From assembly GCF_963921235.1 (NCBI RefSeq), contig NC_086097.1:251536001-251600000 (forward strand): a stretch of DNA of 64,000 bases, given 5' to 3'. Positions within the stretch are counted from its first letter, which is position 1. The number at the start of each line of letters is the position of its first letter. Made by a program: the position numbers and the translations under genes. This DNA is from Mobula hypostoma. Lineage: Eukaryota. A model generated the notes under the pieces. That model did not search any database. It was not told where the DNA came from and saw nothing but the letters and a program-made list of their open reading frames with translations. Shown one piece after another: positions 11,072 through 23,943 of the stretch.

Positions 11072-13610
11072 TCAAGAGGGAATCTGCGGATGCTGGAAAT
11101 CCAAGCAACACACACAAAATGCTAGAGGAGCTCAGCAGGTCAGGCAGTATCTATGGAAAAAAAGTACAGTCAACATTTCAGGCCCAGACCCTTCAGCAGA
11201 ACTGGAGAAAGAAAAGATGAGCAGCCAGCGTTAAAAGGCGGGGGGAAGGGAGGGAGAAACACTGTGAAACGGGGGGGGGGGGTGGGGGGGGGTGAAGTAA
11301 AGAGCTGGGAAGTTTATTGGTGAGAGCGATACAGGGCTGGTGAAGGGAGAATTGAATAGGAGAGCACAGAGGTTCATGGAAGAAAGAAAAGGGGGGAGGA
11401 GCACCAGAGGGCAGGTAAAGAGATAAGGTGAGAGAGGGAAAAGGGGATGGGGAATGGTGAAGGAGAGAGGGGTGGGAATTACCAGAAGTTTGAGAAATCG
11501 ATGTTCATGCCATCAAGTTGGAGACTATCCAGATGGTTTATAAGGAGTTGCTCCTCCAACCTGAGTATGGCCTCATCGCAACATGTCAGAATGGGAATGA
11601 GAAGTGGAATTAAAACGAGCGGCTACTGGGAGATCTCGCTTTTTCTAGCAGGAGGAGCTTAGGTGCTCGGCAAAGTGGTTTCCCAATCTATCTCGGGTCT
11701 TACCGATATACAGGAGGCCACACCAGGAGCACCAGATAAAGCAGATGACCCCAGCAGACTCGCAGGTGAAGTGTCACCTCACCTGAAAGGACTGTTTTGG
11801 GCCCTGAATGGTAGTGAACGAGGAGGTATAGGGGCAAGTGTAGCACCTGTTCCGCTTGCAAGGATAAGTGCCAGGAGGGAGATCAGTGGGGAGGGACGAA
11901 TGGACAAGGGAGTTGCGTAGGGAGCGATCCCTGCGGAAAGCAGAAAGTGTGGAGGGAGGGAAAGATGTGCTTGGGGGTGGGATCCCAGGCATGAAATGGA
12001 AGAGAGGTGGTTGAAAGCAGTGTTGATGTTGGAGGAAGGGAAGTCCCTTTCTTTGAGGAAGGAGAACATCTCCTTCGTTCTGGAATGAAAAGCCTCATCC
12101 TGAGAGCAGATGCAGCAGAGACAGAGGAATTGAGAGAAGGGGATGTCGTTTTCACAAGTAACAAGGTGGGAAGAGGTATAGTCCAGGTAACTGTGAGAGT
12201 CAGTGAGTTTATAATAGACATCAGTAAATAAGCTGTGTCCAGAGACATAGACAGAGATTGAGAAAGGGGAGGGAAGTGTTGGAAATGGACTAGGTGAACT
12301 TGAGGGAAGGGTGGAAGTTGGAGGCAAAGTTGATGAAGTTGCCGATCTCGGCATGGGTGTGGGAAGGAGTACCAAAGCTATTATCAGTGTAGCGTAGCAA
12401 AAGTGGGGGAATGACAACAGTGTAGACTTGGAACATAGACTGTTCCACGTAGATGACAAACAGGCAGGCATAGTTGGGACCCATGCGAATGCCCATGGCT
12501 ATACCTTTTGTTTGAAGGAAGTAGGAGGAGCCAAAGGAAAAAACTATTGAGAGTGAGGACAAGTTCTGCTAGACAGAGGAGAGTGGTGGTGGAGGGAAAC
12601 TGGTCTGGTGTCTAGAAAAAAACTGAGAGCTTTGAGGCCTTCCTGTTGGGGGATGGAGGTGTATAGGGACTGGACATCCATGGCGAAAATAAGATGATTG
12701 GAGCTAGAAAATTTGAAATCATTGAAAAGATCCAGAGTGTGTGAAGTGTCGTGGATGTAGGTAGGAAGGGCCGGAATCAGGGGAGATGAAACTGAGATGA
12801 GATATGCAGAGATGAGTTCAGTGGGGCAGGGACAATGGGTCTACCTGGACAAGCAAGTTTGTGGATCTTGGGTAAGAGGTGAAAATGGGAGGTGCAGGGT
12901 ATAGAAACCATGAGGTTGGTGGCATTGGATGGGGGATTCCCAGAGCTAATAAGGCCAGTGATGGTGTGGGAGACAATGGTCTGGTGGTCCTCAGTGGGAT
13001 CCTGTTCAAAGGGTAAATGAGTGAGAGGAGGTGACTGACAGTTGCCGCTGGGCCTCAGCAAGGTAGAAGTCAGTCTGCCAGCACCCTTTTATCTGCAGGT
13101 TTGTTGGTGAGGTTAGGATTAGTGTAGAGAGGGTGGAGAGCTGAGCGTTCGGAAGGAGTGAGGTTGGAATTGAAGAGAGGAATGGTAAAGTCGAGACGGT
13201 TGATGTCTCGTTGGATTTGGCAATGAAAAGATGCAGAGCAGGCAGTAGACCAGGGCGGGGTATCCAGGAAGAGGAGGAGGGTTGAAGACAAGAGACGGGG
13301 TAATCAGTGTGGGGTGGAAAGTCGTTGCCAAAGTAGGCTTAGAGATGGAGGTAGCAGAAGAAGAACTCAGTGCCGTGGCGGGCACAGGATTCATTAAGGT
13401 GAAGCCCTTACTGTGAACAGAACGTCTGCCTTAGAGGGGGTAGATTGGAGGGTCTGCTGAAGACCCGGCATGAATGAAAGCTGGGATCAGAGGTGGGAAG
13501 GGGGTTGGTAGTTTCAGAGGAAAGGAGAAGGTTGGAGTGTTCAGGGAAGGTGGGATGAGAATAAGATGGAGTCTCCGAGGACTCGAGCTAGCGGTGGGAC
13601 CTGAGTAACA
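11072..13610 (-). mobile_element. Penelope-like element (RT + GIY-YIG endonuclease), degenerate
   Basis: Minus-strand fragments QTKGIAMGIRMGPNYACLF, DVYYKLTDSHSYLDYTSSH, PCKRNRCYTCPY; GIY-YIG-like GVICFIWCSWCGLLYIGKT near 11700-11755; terminal repeat at ~11075-11210. Confidence 0.85.
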
Positions 13611-13857
13611 TGGGACTGCAGAATGATGGTGGGGGAAGGGGAGATCGGGGTTCCAACTGTCTGGGTAGTTTTTATGTACAACGCCAGTTTTTTCTAGAGA
13701 GGCAGGAAAACCCCAGCACCATGACACACTTATCATGCGATTTGAAGCTTTTCACTGACAAAGAGTGCTTGTATGGAGTGAAGTTAAAGTTGCAAATCAG
13801 ATCTTGGATTTTGCGTTTTTAAAATTGTAATTCTTGCGTCCTCACCCTGGGCAGTTT

Positions 13858-14200
13858 CATTGAAATGCCTAGATAGAATGGATGTGGAAAGGATGTTTCC
13901 TATAGTGGGGGAGTCTGGGACTGGAGAGCACAGCCTCAGAATAGAGGGATGTCCCTGTGGAACAGAGATGAGGGATTTCTTCAGCCAGAGGGTGGTGAAT
14001 CTGTGGAAATCAGTGCCACAGATGGCTGTGGAGGCCAAATCATTGGGTGTATTTAAAGCGGAGGTTGGTAGGTTCTTGATTAGTCAGGGCATCAAAGGCA
14101 GGAGAATGGGTTTGAGAGGAATAATAAATCAGCCATGATGGAATGGCGGAGTAGGCTCGATGGGCCAAATGGCATGATTCTGCTCCGAAGTCTTATGGTT
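13858..14200 (+). mobile_element. CR1 LINE 3' fragment; second copy at ~14333-14680
   Basis: Encodes LDRMDVERMFP...FFSQRVVNLW, the CR1 ORF2 C-terminus, followed by 3' UTR. Confidence 0.8.
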
Positions 14201-14964
14201 TTATTCCAGCAGAGTCCCAGTACTATAACCCACTTGAAGCTTTTCACCTTTCATTGACCAAGATTGCAAATCAGAATTTGGATTCCATTTTGTTATAAAT
14301 TATAATTTCATCCTGCGCACCTCAGGCAGCTTCATTGAAAGGCCTGGATAGAGTAGGCATGGAGGGGACTTTTCCAATAGTGAGTGAGCCTAGGACTAGA
14401 AGGCACAGCCACAGAATACAGGGACGTCCTTTTAGAAAAGAGATGAGGAGGAATTTCTTTAGCCAGAGGATGATGAATCTGGGAATTCGTTGCCACAGAT
14501 GGCTATGGAGACCAAGTCATTGGGTACATTTAAAGCAGAGGTTGATAGGCTCTTGATTAGTAAAGCCATCAAAGGTTACAGGAAGAAGCAGGAGAATGGG
14601 GTTGAGAAGGATAATGAATCGGCCATGATGGAAAGGCGGAGTAGGCGTAATGGCCAAATTCTACTCTGGTGTCCTATGACTAATTGGCTGGGATACTGGC
14701 ATCTCTTCTGGGATCATATTAAGGAGGAACATGTTATCTTTGTGAAGAGAGGGAGAGAAAATTGTTAAGTAGAATTTGTATTTTAATTTTATTGATCTGT
14801 GATGCAAGAAACGGATTCCCTGATCTACCCATTGGCTCCAGGAGAGCAGCCCCCGTGATCCTCTCGATGGTTTTTAGTATCCAATAAATCTACGGAATTC
14901 ATTGCCATGTGGAGCCCATGTTATTTTAAAGTGGAAGTTTCTAGGTTCTTGATGATATATAATA

Positions 14965-15529
14965 TTGTTGTTCATTCCATCGTTGACGTCGATGAGGTCC
15001 TCGACACCATTGTGATGGTGTGGAGACTAGCGCGTGATTTGGATTTAAGTGAGGGAGAGTTGCGCAGTGTCAGCCTCACTCTCTCTTCCCAATTCCCATC
15101 TGGATCCAGTGGCAAGACAGAGTCTAGACGGCTGGAGATGGGACTAGGCGCAGTGGATGACCAGGACGTCTTCTGTGTTTTGTCCTGCTCTACACGTTCC
15201 ACCACGCTTGCAGAGACCGCCTTCTTGACCGTTGGACCTTCCATGGGTCTCGTCCGCTCAATCCGCCGGAGTCTGTCTTCACATGCTGGGATAGACAACT
15301 CCCTATCTCACCGAGGGTTTGAGACCCGTCAGCTACCCTCACCTGGTTTAGCCGGCCTGTCGAAGCCGTTGCCCGGGGTGTGGCCGCTGTCGCATGCAGA
15401 CAGCTACAGGGAGCCACAGGTGAGAGCTGAGTGCCAGGTGGGGACCAAAGGTGGACTAACCGCCCTGAAAAGGACGCGACATGTTCCCCCACCAGAGGTG
15501 CTACCACTCCCTGACACCCCATACACCCC
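14965..15529 (-). mobile_element. Young non-autonomous retroelement (probably RTE-derived) inserted into a CR1 3' fragment
   Basis: Perfect 10-bp TSD ATATATAATA (14955-14964, 15530-15539); CpG-rich; short AACAACAA tail; CR1 sequence on both flanks. Confidence 0.8.
15338..15529 (-). ncRNA. Predicted HDV-like self-cleaving ribozyme
   Basis: P1 GGGGUGU/ACACCCC, P2 CUCACCUG/CAGGUGAG, P3 GGC/GCC, P1.1 CC/GG, GCAAC-P4-GGCUAA, all in HDV order. Confidence 0.75.
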
Positions 15530-15998
15530 ATATATAATAAGGGAGTCAACGGTTACGGGGAGAAGGCAGGCAAATAGGGTAAAGAGAGATAATAAATCAG
15601 CCATAATGGAATGGTGAAGCAGACTCAATGAGCTGAGTTGCAGGCTGAACTGACCACACCATCATCGAAAACCTTCTATCTTATTTCAGAAAAATGTCTT
15701 TCTTCTGCCTTCACCAGAGTGATGATGGATGTCAAATGCTTGATTTGCTTGCGATGCATGTATCCCCTGGGTAAATGTGCAATAGTCACCAATGCCATGG
15801 ACATCCCTCCTATGCATGCCTCCAATCGCCTTAAAATTGTGCCCCCTCATATTAGCCATTTCTGTCCTGGCTATAAGTCTCTGTCTCCTTGAACTATGCC
15901 TTTTATTCATGCTGTCTTCAAAGAATCTGCTCAGTCTTGTTCATTTTCCACAAGTGGTGAAGACTGGTGTTAATGAGTGAATTTCTCAACTCTTCTAG

Positions 15999-16144
15999 GA
16001 AACCATTGAGCCTGTTTATTTTTACATTGGGATTATATTTGGGCTGCAAGCTGTTTATGTGACTGCACTGTATGTCACAAGCTGGATGTTGAGTGGGACG
16101 TGGATGGCAGGCATGCTGACAGTCATTTGGTATATCATTAACAG
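15999..16144 (+). CDS. DPY19L4: DPY19L4 exon (146 nt): [48 protein letters not shown](R)
   Basis: ttctag|GAA ... AACAG|gtaaga; hydrophobic TM segments. Confidence 0.95.
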
Positions 16145-18389
16145 GTAAGACTATAATAAAGCAGAAGTTACGATTTATTTTGGTTTAACTTGGCTACAAC
16201 TTTTAAAAGATTGGGTAATGAATGGAAGTAACACTATCTAGTGTAGTCTAGTTTTTAAATTCCACATATACAGTGAGGAATAGGCCCATCTGGCCCTTCA
16301 ATCACCTGATTTAATCCTAGCCTAGTCATGAGACAATTTACAATGAGTAATTAACCTACCAACTGGTACGTCTTTTGGACTGCGGGAGGAAACTGGAGCA
16401 CCCCGAGGAAACCCATGCAGTCACGGGGTGAAAGTACGAACTCCTTACAGGCAGCGATGGGAATTGAACCCGGGTTGCCTGTACTGTCAAGTGTTGTGCT
16501 AACCACTACGCTGCTGTACTGCTCTTAAAGCGGAGGTTAATAGGTTCTAGATTGGTAAGGATGTCATAGGTTAAGGGGAAAAGGCAGTAGAATGGCGCTG
16601 AGAGGGTTAATAAATCAGCCATGATGGAATGGCACAGCATACTCGATCTCACTCAGAGGGTCGTGAGAGTGTGGAATGAGCTGCCAGCGCAAGTGGTGCA
16701 TGCAAGCTCGATTTCAACATTTAAGGGAAGTTTGGATAGGTCCATGGATGGTTCAGTGATTCAGTTTAATATCAGGGAATGCATACAGTGTGCAACCTGA
16801 AATTCTTAATCTTCACAGAATCCACAAAACAGAAAAAATTCCCCAAAGAATGATGAACAGAGAAATTTAGAACCCCAACCCCCCCTCCCTACACACAAGC
16901 AGCAGCAAAACATCAACCCTCTCCCCCCCCCACATCCCCCACTTGCTCCAGCAAATGCGTCAAACCCCGTCACCCACCATGCAAGCAATAGCAAAGCCCC
17001 CAAGGAGACCATGATCCAGAGTCCATCAGAAACTGCTGTCCATTCCAGCACTTCGACATCTCAGACTGGGCAATGGGAGTAGGCAGTTTAAATGGTTTGA
17101 CATGGACTAGATGGGCCGAAGGTCCTGTTTCTATGACTCAATAGGCTGAATGACTTGATTTGGCTCCTATGTATAGGACAGTATCGTTTTCCCAGAGTTA
17201 AAATTTTTAGCACCAGAGGGAATACGTTTTAGGTGAGGGGGGTAATCTCAAAGTAGATATTTATTACACAGAGAGTGGTGGGTGCCTGGAATGTGAGCCT
17301 GGGGTGGTGGTAGAGGCAGATGCATTAGGGACTTTTAAAGAGACGTTTAGATAGGCACATGAATGTGATGAAAATGGAAGGATATGGACATTGTGTAGAA
17401 TCAGAATCAGGTTTAATATTGTTGGCATAGGTCATGAAATTTTTTGTTATGCGGCAGCAGTACAATGTAGTACATAGTAATAAAAGCTGTAAATTGCAGT
17501 ACGAAATATATAAGTTTAAATTAAATATTTCGTGCAAGAAGAGGAAATAAGAGTAGTGTGGTATTGTTCATGGGTTCAATGTCCATTCAGAAATCTGATG
17601 GCAGAGAGGAAGAAGCTATTCGTGAATTGTTGAGTGAGTGTCTTCAGGTAGCAATGAGAAGAGGGCATGTGTTGGGTGATGGGGGTCCTTAATGATGGAT
17701 GCTGTCTTTTTTTGAGGCATCGCTCTTGAAGATGTCCTGGATGCTGGAGATGCTCGTGCCCATGATGGAGCTGAAGAGATAATTTAGTTGGCCAGTTGAT
17801 TACTAATTTAATTGGTTCAGCACAATATTGCGGGCTGAAGGGCCTTTTCCTGTGCTGTATGTTCTATGTCTTATGGTCTATTTGCATTAAAGTGTATTTT
17901 TGCCTTCCATATGCCTTGATGTAGACATTGTCCTAATTGTAGTGTTCATATTTTACCTCCTACTGACATGTCACACAACTCTTGCAGCTGAATTGTGAGG
18001 TGACTGCTGATGTCTTGTTTCGAATGGTCAAATTAATGAGGAGTTGTTGTTGCTTGTGTTGTTTAGTTGAACATTGTGGACATGCTATGTTGGTGCTGGA
18101 ATGTGTAGCGACTGTGAATGTGTGCCCCAGGCACATCCTGAGGTTGTGTTGGTTGTTAATGCAAAAAGCACATTTCACTGTATGTTTTGATTGACATGTG
18201 AATCTAATCTAGCTTTTGGCTGTCATCCTTTAAAAGTTTTTTTAAAATCTCATTTGGTAGTGAAATTAAACTGAGGTTTTTTGTGCTTTCAAGGATCAAG
18301 GGTCAAGGATGTTACATTAAAGTGAAGATTTGGAGGATGAAAACTCTCCATTATCTGCACTAGGTGTCTGTGCTGATTTTGTTAATTTA

Positions 18390-18665
18390 CAGTCGATCAA
18401 AAAAGATTGTCAGTATACACTGGATTAATTTTTCTGATAACTTTTAGGAACTAATACAGTTTTATAGTACTGTAGTAGTATTTTCTGCAGTTCTAATTTG
18501 TTCTGTATTTCATTTTAAGTACATAATTTGTTCCTCTGTTAAATGGTAGTTTGTCTTTTGTATACCTTTTTAACTATTTCCATGGAACCTGGGCTTATTG
18601 GAGCAGCCGCTAATTGGGCCAAAATGTACCGGTCGCGATGTGTCCCAAGAAACCAGAACCCACTG
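18390..18665. mobile_element. Degenerate Tigger/pogo-like MITE
   Basis: TA-CAGT...ACTG-TA ends; TIRs otherwise decayed. Confidence 0.4.
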
Positions 18666-20445
18666 TATTAGGAGTTTGCTGTGCTGTGTTAGCATAACAT
18701 GCAATGAAAAAAAAACAATCAACAATTGTAAAGAATAAAGAATTATATTAAAATAAAGTGAGAAGTTCAGATATAAAATAAAATGTGCATAAATACAGTG
18801 ACAGGATAATAGGTAAGGGGGGAGGGGGTAAAGGCTTATTGGAATGATTGATCTGATTAACTGCTTGGAGTAAGAAATTTTAAGATGACATTAAGTTTTT
18901 GTTTTAATAACCTTACAACACTTTGCAGAAGGGAGCTTTTGGAAAAGGCAGTTTGCACAGTGGGTAGTGTCCTCAGTGAATTTTCCTCCCTGCTTTCTCT
19001 TTGCTGTATTGGTAAACAGTTACGTGACACTTTCACTTCGAGTTAGGATGCCGGGGGTTCAAACCACAACCAGGTGCTCGTGTGGGGGATGGAGGAGTCA
19101 GAATGCAACTTCATGTGCACTAAAGGACAGCGAATATAACTTCATTCACCCCAAAACTGAACCGATTCCACAAGCTGTGGACTCATTTTCAAGGGCTCAA
19201 CAACTATCTTCTCAATATTATTCATTCACTCATTCATTCATTCATTTATCTATCTATTTATTTATCCCTTTATTTATTATTTGATTTTTTAAAATTTACA
19301 CGGTTTGCTTTGTTTTGCACATTGTAGCTTTTTATTAATTCTATTGTATTTCTTTGTTCTACTGTTAATGTCAACAAGAAAATGAATCTCAGGGTTGTAT
19401 ATGGTGACATCCTCAAAAGGCAATGCCTGAGAAAGACAGCATCCATCTTTAAGGACCCCGATCACCCAGGGTATACCCCCTTCTCATTGCTATTATCAAG
19501 GTACAGAAGCCTGAACGTACACACTCAATGTTTGAGGGACAGCTTCTTTCCCACTGCCATCAGATTTCTGAATGGACAATGAACCCATGTACACTACTTC
19601 ACTAGTTTTTCTCTCTTTTTGCACGACTTATTTATTTTTTTAATATACACTTATTGTAATTTACAGATTTTTTATTATTGTGTATTGCAATGTACTGCTG
19701 CCGCAGAACAACAGATTTCGTGACATATGCCAGTGATATCAAACCTGATTTTGATTCTCTGACAAATGCATACTTTGATACTAAATTTAATTTGAACTTT
19801 GTTTCTCTGTGTGAGGTGCTCCCTTTTGGATAAAGCACTAACCCAGAGATTCCCAGCCTGAGGCCCACAGATCCCTCGGTTACTGGGAGGGGTCTGTGGC
19901 ATGAAAATGGTTGGGAATTCCTACACTAAACCAAGGTTTCATCTGGAATCTGACAGTAAAGTTCTTCATAGTATTATTTTACAGAAGAGTTACCCATTTG
20001 CTCTGCCATTATTGGTATTTTCTTTTCTCCCTTGAAGTGGCCAGGGAAGTTGATAGGGTGGTTAAGAAGGCCCACGGTGTGTTTGCCTTCATTGTTCAGG
20101 GGATTAAGTTCAAGATCTGCAAGGTAATGTCGCAGCTTTATTAAAAATCCAGGGTGCAAATGGCTAATATGAGGGGGCATAATTTTAAGGTGATTGAAAT
20201 AAAGTATTGGGGGGATGTCAGAGATAAATATTTTGTACAGAGAGTGGTGGTTGCGTGGAATGCCCTACTAGGGATGGTAGTAGATACATTTGGGGCATTT
20301 AAGATGCTCTTAAATAGGCATATAAATGATAGAAAATTGGAGGGCTGTGTAGGTGGGATGGGTTAGGTTAAAAGATTGGTGTAACATTGTGGGCTGAAAG
20401 TCCTGTATTGTGCTGTCTAATGTACTTCCAACTTAATTGTTCTAG

Positions 20446-20569
20446 GACCGACACCACCAGAGTGGAACATACGGTTCCCCTGAGGGAAAATTGGGCACTA
20501 CCATACTTTGCACTCCAGGTCGGGGCGCTCACTGGTTATCTGAAGACCAACATCAATTCCACGATGGAG
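20446..20569 (+). CDS. DPY19L4: DPY19L4 exon (124 nt): (R)TDTTRVEHTVPLRENWALPYFALQVGALTGYLKTNINSTME
   Basis: ttctag|G ... GAG|gtgagt; PLRENWALP motif. Confidence 0.95.
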
Positions 20570-22521
20570 GTGAGTGTGAAATAGCAATGCAGTATCTCTG
20601 TGAGCCTGGTAGTCAGAGACCCAATGTCTGTGCGTCTACGTCTGAATCCGCGTCCGCTGAAGACGGAAGGATAGGGGCTGCGTTGGGGTAAAGGATTGTG
20701 TATGTGTGTAGGTGGGAGGGAGGATCGGGCTTGTGTTGCTGCTGCTGTTGTTTTGTTGCTGCTTGTGTTCTGTGTTGTTCTGCCAAGCACGGTGGACGTG
20801 TTGTGTTGCCACCAGAGTGTGTGGTGGCACCTGCGGGCTGTCCCCGGCATACACTTGGGTGTGTTGGTTGTTAATGCAAACAGTGCCTTTCACTGTATGT
20901 TTTCATGTACACATGATTAATGCATTTCAATCTTTGATTGTGATTATTGTTCGGCTGTTAATAATCTAAAGGCAATTTTTTTTCCAGTTGATACTTGACC
21001 AGTCAGCATTTTGTGCTCTTTTATAAAGATGGTTATTACTGTGATAAGACTTTTTATGTACACTAACTGTTCTAGCATGGGTTTGGAGCCTTCCACCCAA
21101 AGGATCTTTGCTTACGTTTTCAGCTGCACTTTGTATGCAATCTCTTAGTTTAGCTGTAAATTTAAAATGAACTCCCAGATCTCTTTGTTCCTCTGCACTC
21201 TTCAGTGCCCTACCATTTACTGTGTATGTCCCACCACGCCCATTGATTGTGTGTTACAATTGTGTAGTGGCTAGCATAACACTTTCCAACACCAGTGATC
21301 TGGGCTCACTTCCTGCCATTGTTTGTATGTTCCTCACGTGCCTGCTTGGGTTTCCTCCCACATTCCAAAGATGTATGGGTTATTAGGGTTAGTAAATTGT
21401 GGACATTCAATGTTGGCACCGTAAGCAAGGCGACATTTGCGGGCTGCACCCAACACATTATCAGAGTGTGTTGGTCGTTGACAAATGAAGCCATTCTTGG
21501 TCTACAGCCTAGAGTGGGTAACAAAGAAGCTGTTCTACTAAGAAACAGGAGCCGGAGTAGACCATGTAGTTTCTCAAACTCTGTTCTGCCATCCAAAAAG
21601 GTCACTTCATTTGGCCTGTACCCCACCTCTCTGAGCAGTTGTCTACTTCTGTTCAACCCACAATTGTTGGATTCCCCAGTGTTTTAAAAAAAACAGTCAG
21701 CCAGAGCCTTAAATACATGGAGAGACTCAGACACCATTGTATGCTAGGTAGGAAGTTCCAAAGGGTATCTGACTCTCCAAGAGAAGAAATCCTTCTTCCG
21801 CTCTATCTCCCCTGGTTCTCAATGTTCCACTTCTGAAAATCTCCAGAATTTAGGAAATTTCAGAAAATTATAACAAATGCTCCTCCCATCTCATGACCAC
21901 CATCTTAGCAGCAGGTTCAAAATTAGGTATATATCACCATATACCTGTCACCCTGAGATTCATTTTCTTGCAGGAAAAAAGAAGTCGAATTTACGAAAAA
22001 GTTTGCATAAACAAAGGCAAACGACCAATGTACAAAAGGTGACAAACAGTGCAAATAAAAATAATGCTGAGAACATGAGTTGTAGAGAGGCCTGAAAGTG
22101 AGTCTGTAGTTGTGAAATCAGTTCGGAGTTGTGTTGCGTGACTTTATTTCCTCAGGTTCAGGAGCCTGATGGTTGCAGGGTAATAACTATTCCTGAGCCT
22201 GGTGGTGTGGGACCTAAGGCTGCTGTGCTACCTTCCCAATGGCAGCAGCAAGGAGAGTGCATTGGCTGGACAGTAGGGGTCCTTGATGATGAATGCTGCT
22301 TTCCTATGACAGTGCTCCTTGTAGATGTGGTGGGAAGGGCTTTAGCCGTGATGGACTGGGCTGTATCCTCTACTTTTTGTAGGCTTTTCCGTTCAAGAGC
22401 ATTGGTGTTTCCATACCAGCCGTGATACAGTCAGTCAGTGTATAAAGATAATATAGTGTAAGTGCAGATTGTAAATTGTGGGTAATGAAAGGTAATTTTT
22501 TTTTCCTATCCCTTGTCCTAG

Positions 22522-22656
22522 GTTTTCTCATATCTGCTGATGTGTGCATCTGCCTTTGCCTTTATAATGATGTGGGAGATGAGTCACTATGTACTGTTTG
22601 TACAAGCCTTCAGTCTTTTCCTTTTGGATTGCCTGGATCTAATTCAGAGCCGTAAG
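22522..22656 (+). CDS. DPY19L4: DPY19L4 exon (135 nt): [45 protein letters not shown]
   Basis: tcctag|GTT ... AAG|gtaggt. Confidence 0.93.
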
Positions 22657-23358
22657 GTAGGTGGTGGGGGTGGGATGATGGGATCGGGTGGTAAAGAATA
22701 TGAAATCTGTTGTCAAGCCAATTCTTTTTTTTAAAAGACGTAAGAGCAGATTTAGGCTATTTGGCCCATTGAGTCTGTTCCGTCGTTCCATCATGGCTGG
22801 TTTCATATCACTCTCTAACCCATTTTTTAATTTTTTAATTTAGGAATACAGCACAGTAACAGGCCCTTCTGTCCGACGAGCCTGTGCCATCCAGTTGCAC
22901 TCCTGTCACCAGTTAACCAACAACCCGTACGTCTTTAGAATGTGGGAATTCTGAATCCACATAACCTTGTTTTCTTGGATCCTATGCCTCCTTCCTTTCT
23001 GAATGAGCCTACCGTAGGGAGCCTTATCTTATACCTTACTAAAATCCATATACATCAATCCACTACTCTACCTTCATCCTCCCCTCAAGCATCTTGTGTC
23101 TATTTCTCTGGACTTGCACCATCTGCAGAATCTCTTCTGTTTATGATTTGCTGCTCTATAGAGTAATAGAACACGACAGTAAAGAAACAGGCCCTTCGTC
23201 CCTTCTAGTCTCTGCCCAACCATTAATCTGCTGAGTCCCATTGGCCTGCCCTCCATACCCCTCCCATATATGTACCTATCCAAATTTCTCTAAAATGCTG
23301 AACTCAACACTGCATCCACCACTTACACTGGCATTTTGTTCCACACTCTCCCCTACCT

Positions 23359-23597
23359 TGTGTTGGGCACATGGCCAAGTGGTTAAGGCATTCCTCTGGT
23401 GATCTGAAGGTCGCTAGTTCGAGCCTCAGCTGTGGCAGCGTGTTTGTGTCCTTGAGCAAGGCACTTAACCACACATTGCTCTAGTGTCTGTGTGAGGAAT
23501 GGCGCCCCACACAGACTTACAATCTGTGCCTTGTAAGGCACGAAAATGCCCGATCCAGGCCTCTCATGGTCTGAGTCGACGTTCACTCCCTCCCTCA
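23359..23597 (+). mobile_element. tRNA-derived SINE with CORE-like domain
   Basis: A box TGGCCAAGTGG, B box AGTTCGAGCC, gtgtccttgagcaaggcacttaacc; TSD CCTACCT (23352-23358, 23598-23604). Confidence 0.75.
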
Positions 23598-23943
23598 CCT
23601 ACCTCAGAGTGAAGAAGTTCCCTTCATGTTTCCTTTAAACATTTGAACTTTTGCACCTAACCCATGACCTCTAATTGTAGTCTCACCCAACCTCAGTGGA
23701 AAAAGGCTGCTTGCATTTACCCTATCTGTACCCTCATAATTTAGTATACCTCTATCAGATCTCCCTCAATCTTCTACATTTCATGAAACGAAGTCCGAAC
23801 CTATTCAATCTTTCCTTATAACTCAGGTCCTGCAATCCCTGGTAACACCCTTGTAAATTTTCTCTGTATTCTTTCAACCTTATTTACATCTTCCTTGTAG
23901 GTAGGGACCAAAACTGCACACAATATTCCAGATTAGGCCTCAC

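Noticed and set aside
14907..15617. 236-aa + strand ORF and overlapping minus-strand ORFs
   Set aside because: Crosses TE/TSD boundaries and has no recognisable domain; explained by a GC-rich, stop-poor element
23368..23440. tRNA gene
   Set aside because: A/B boxes run into a SINE body with a TSD; no convincing cloverleaf or T-run terminator
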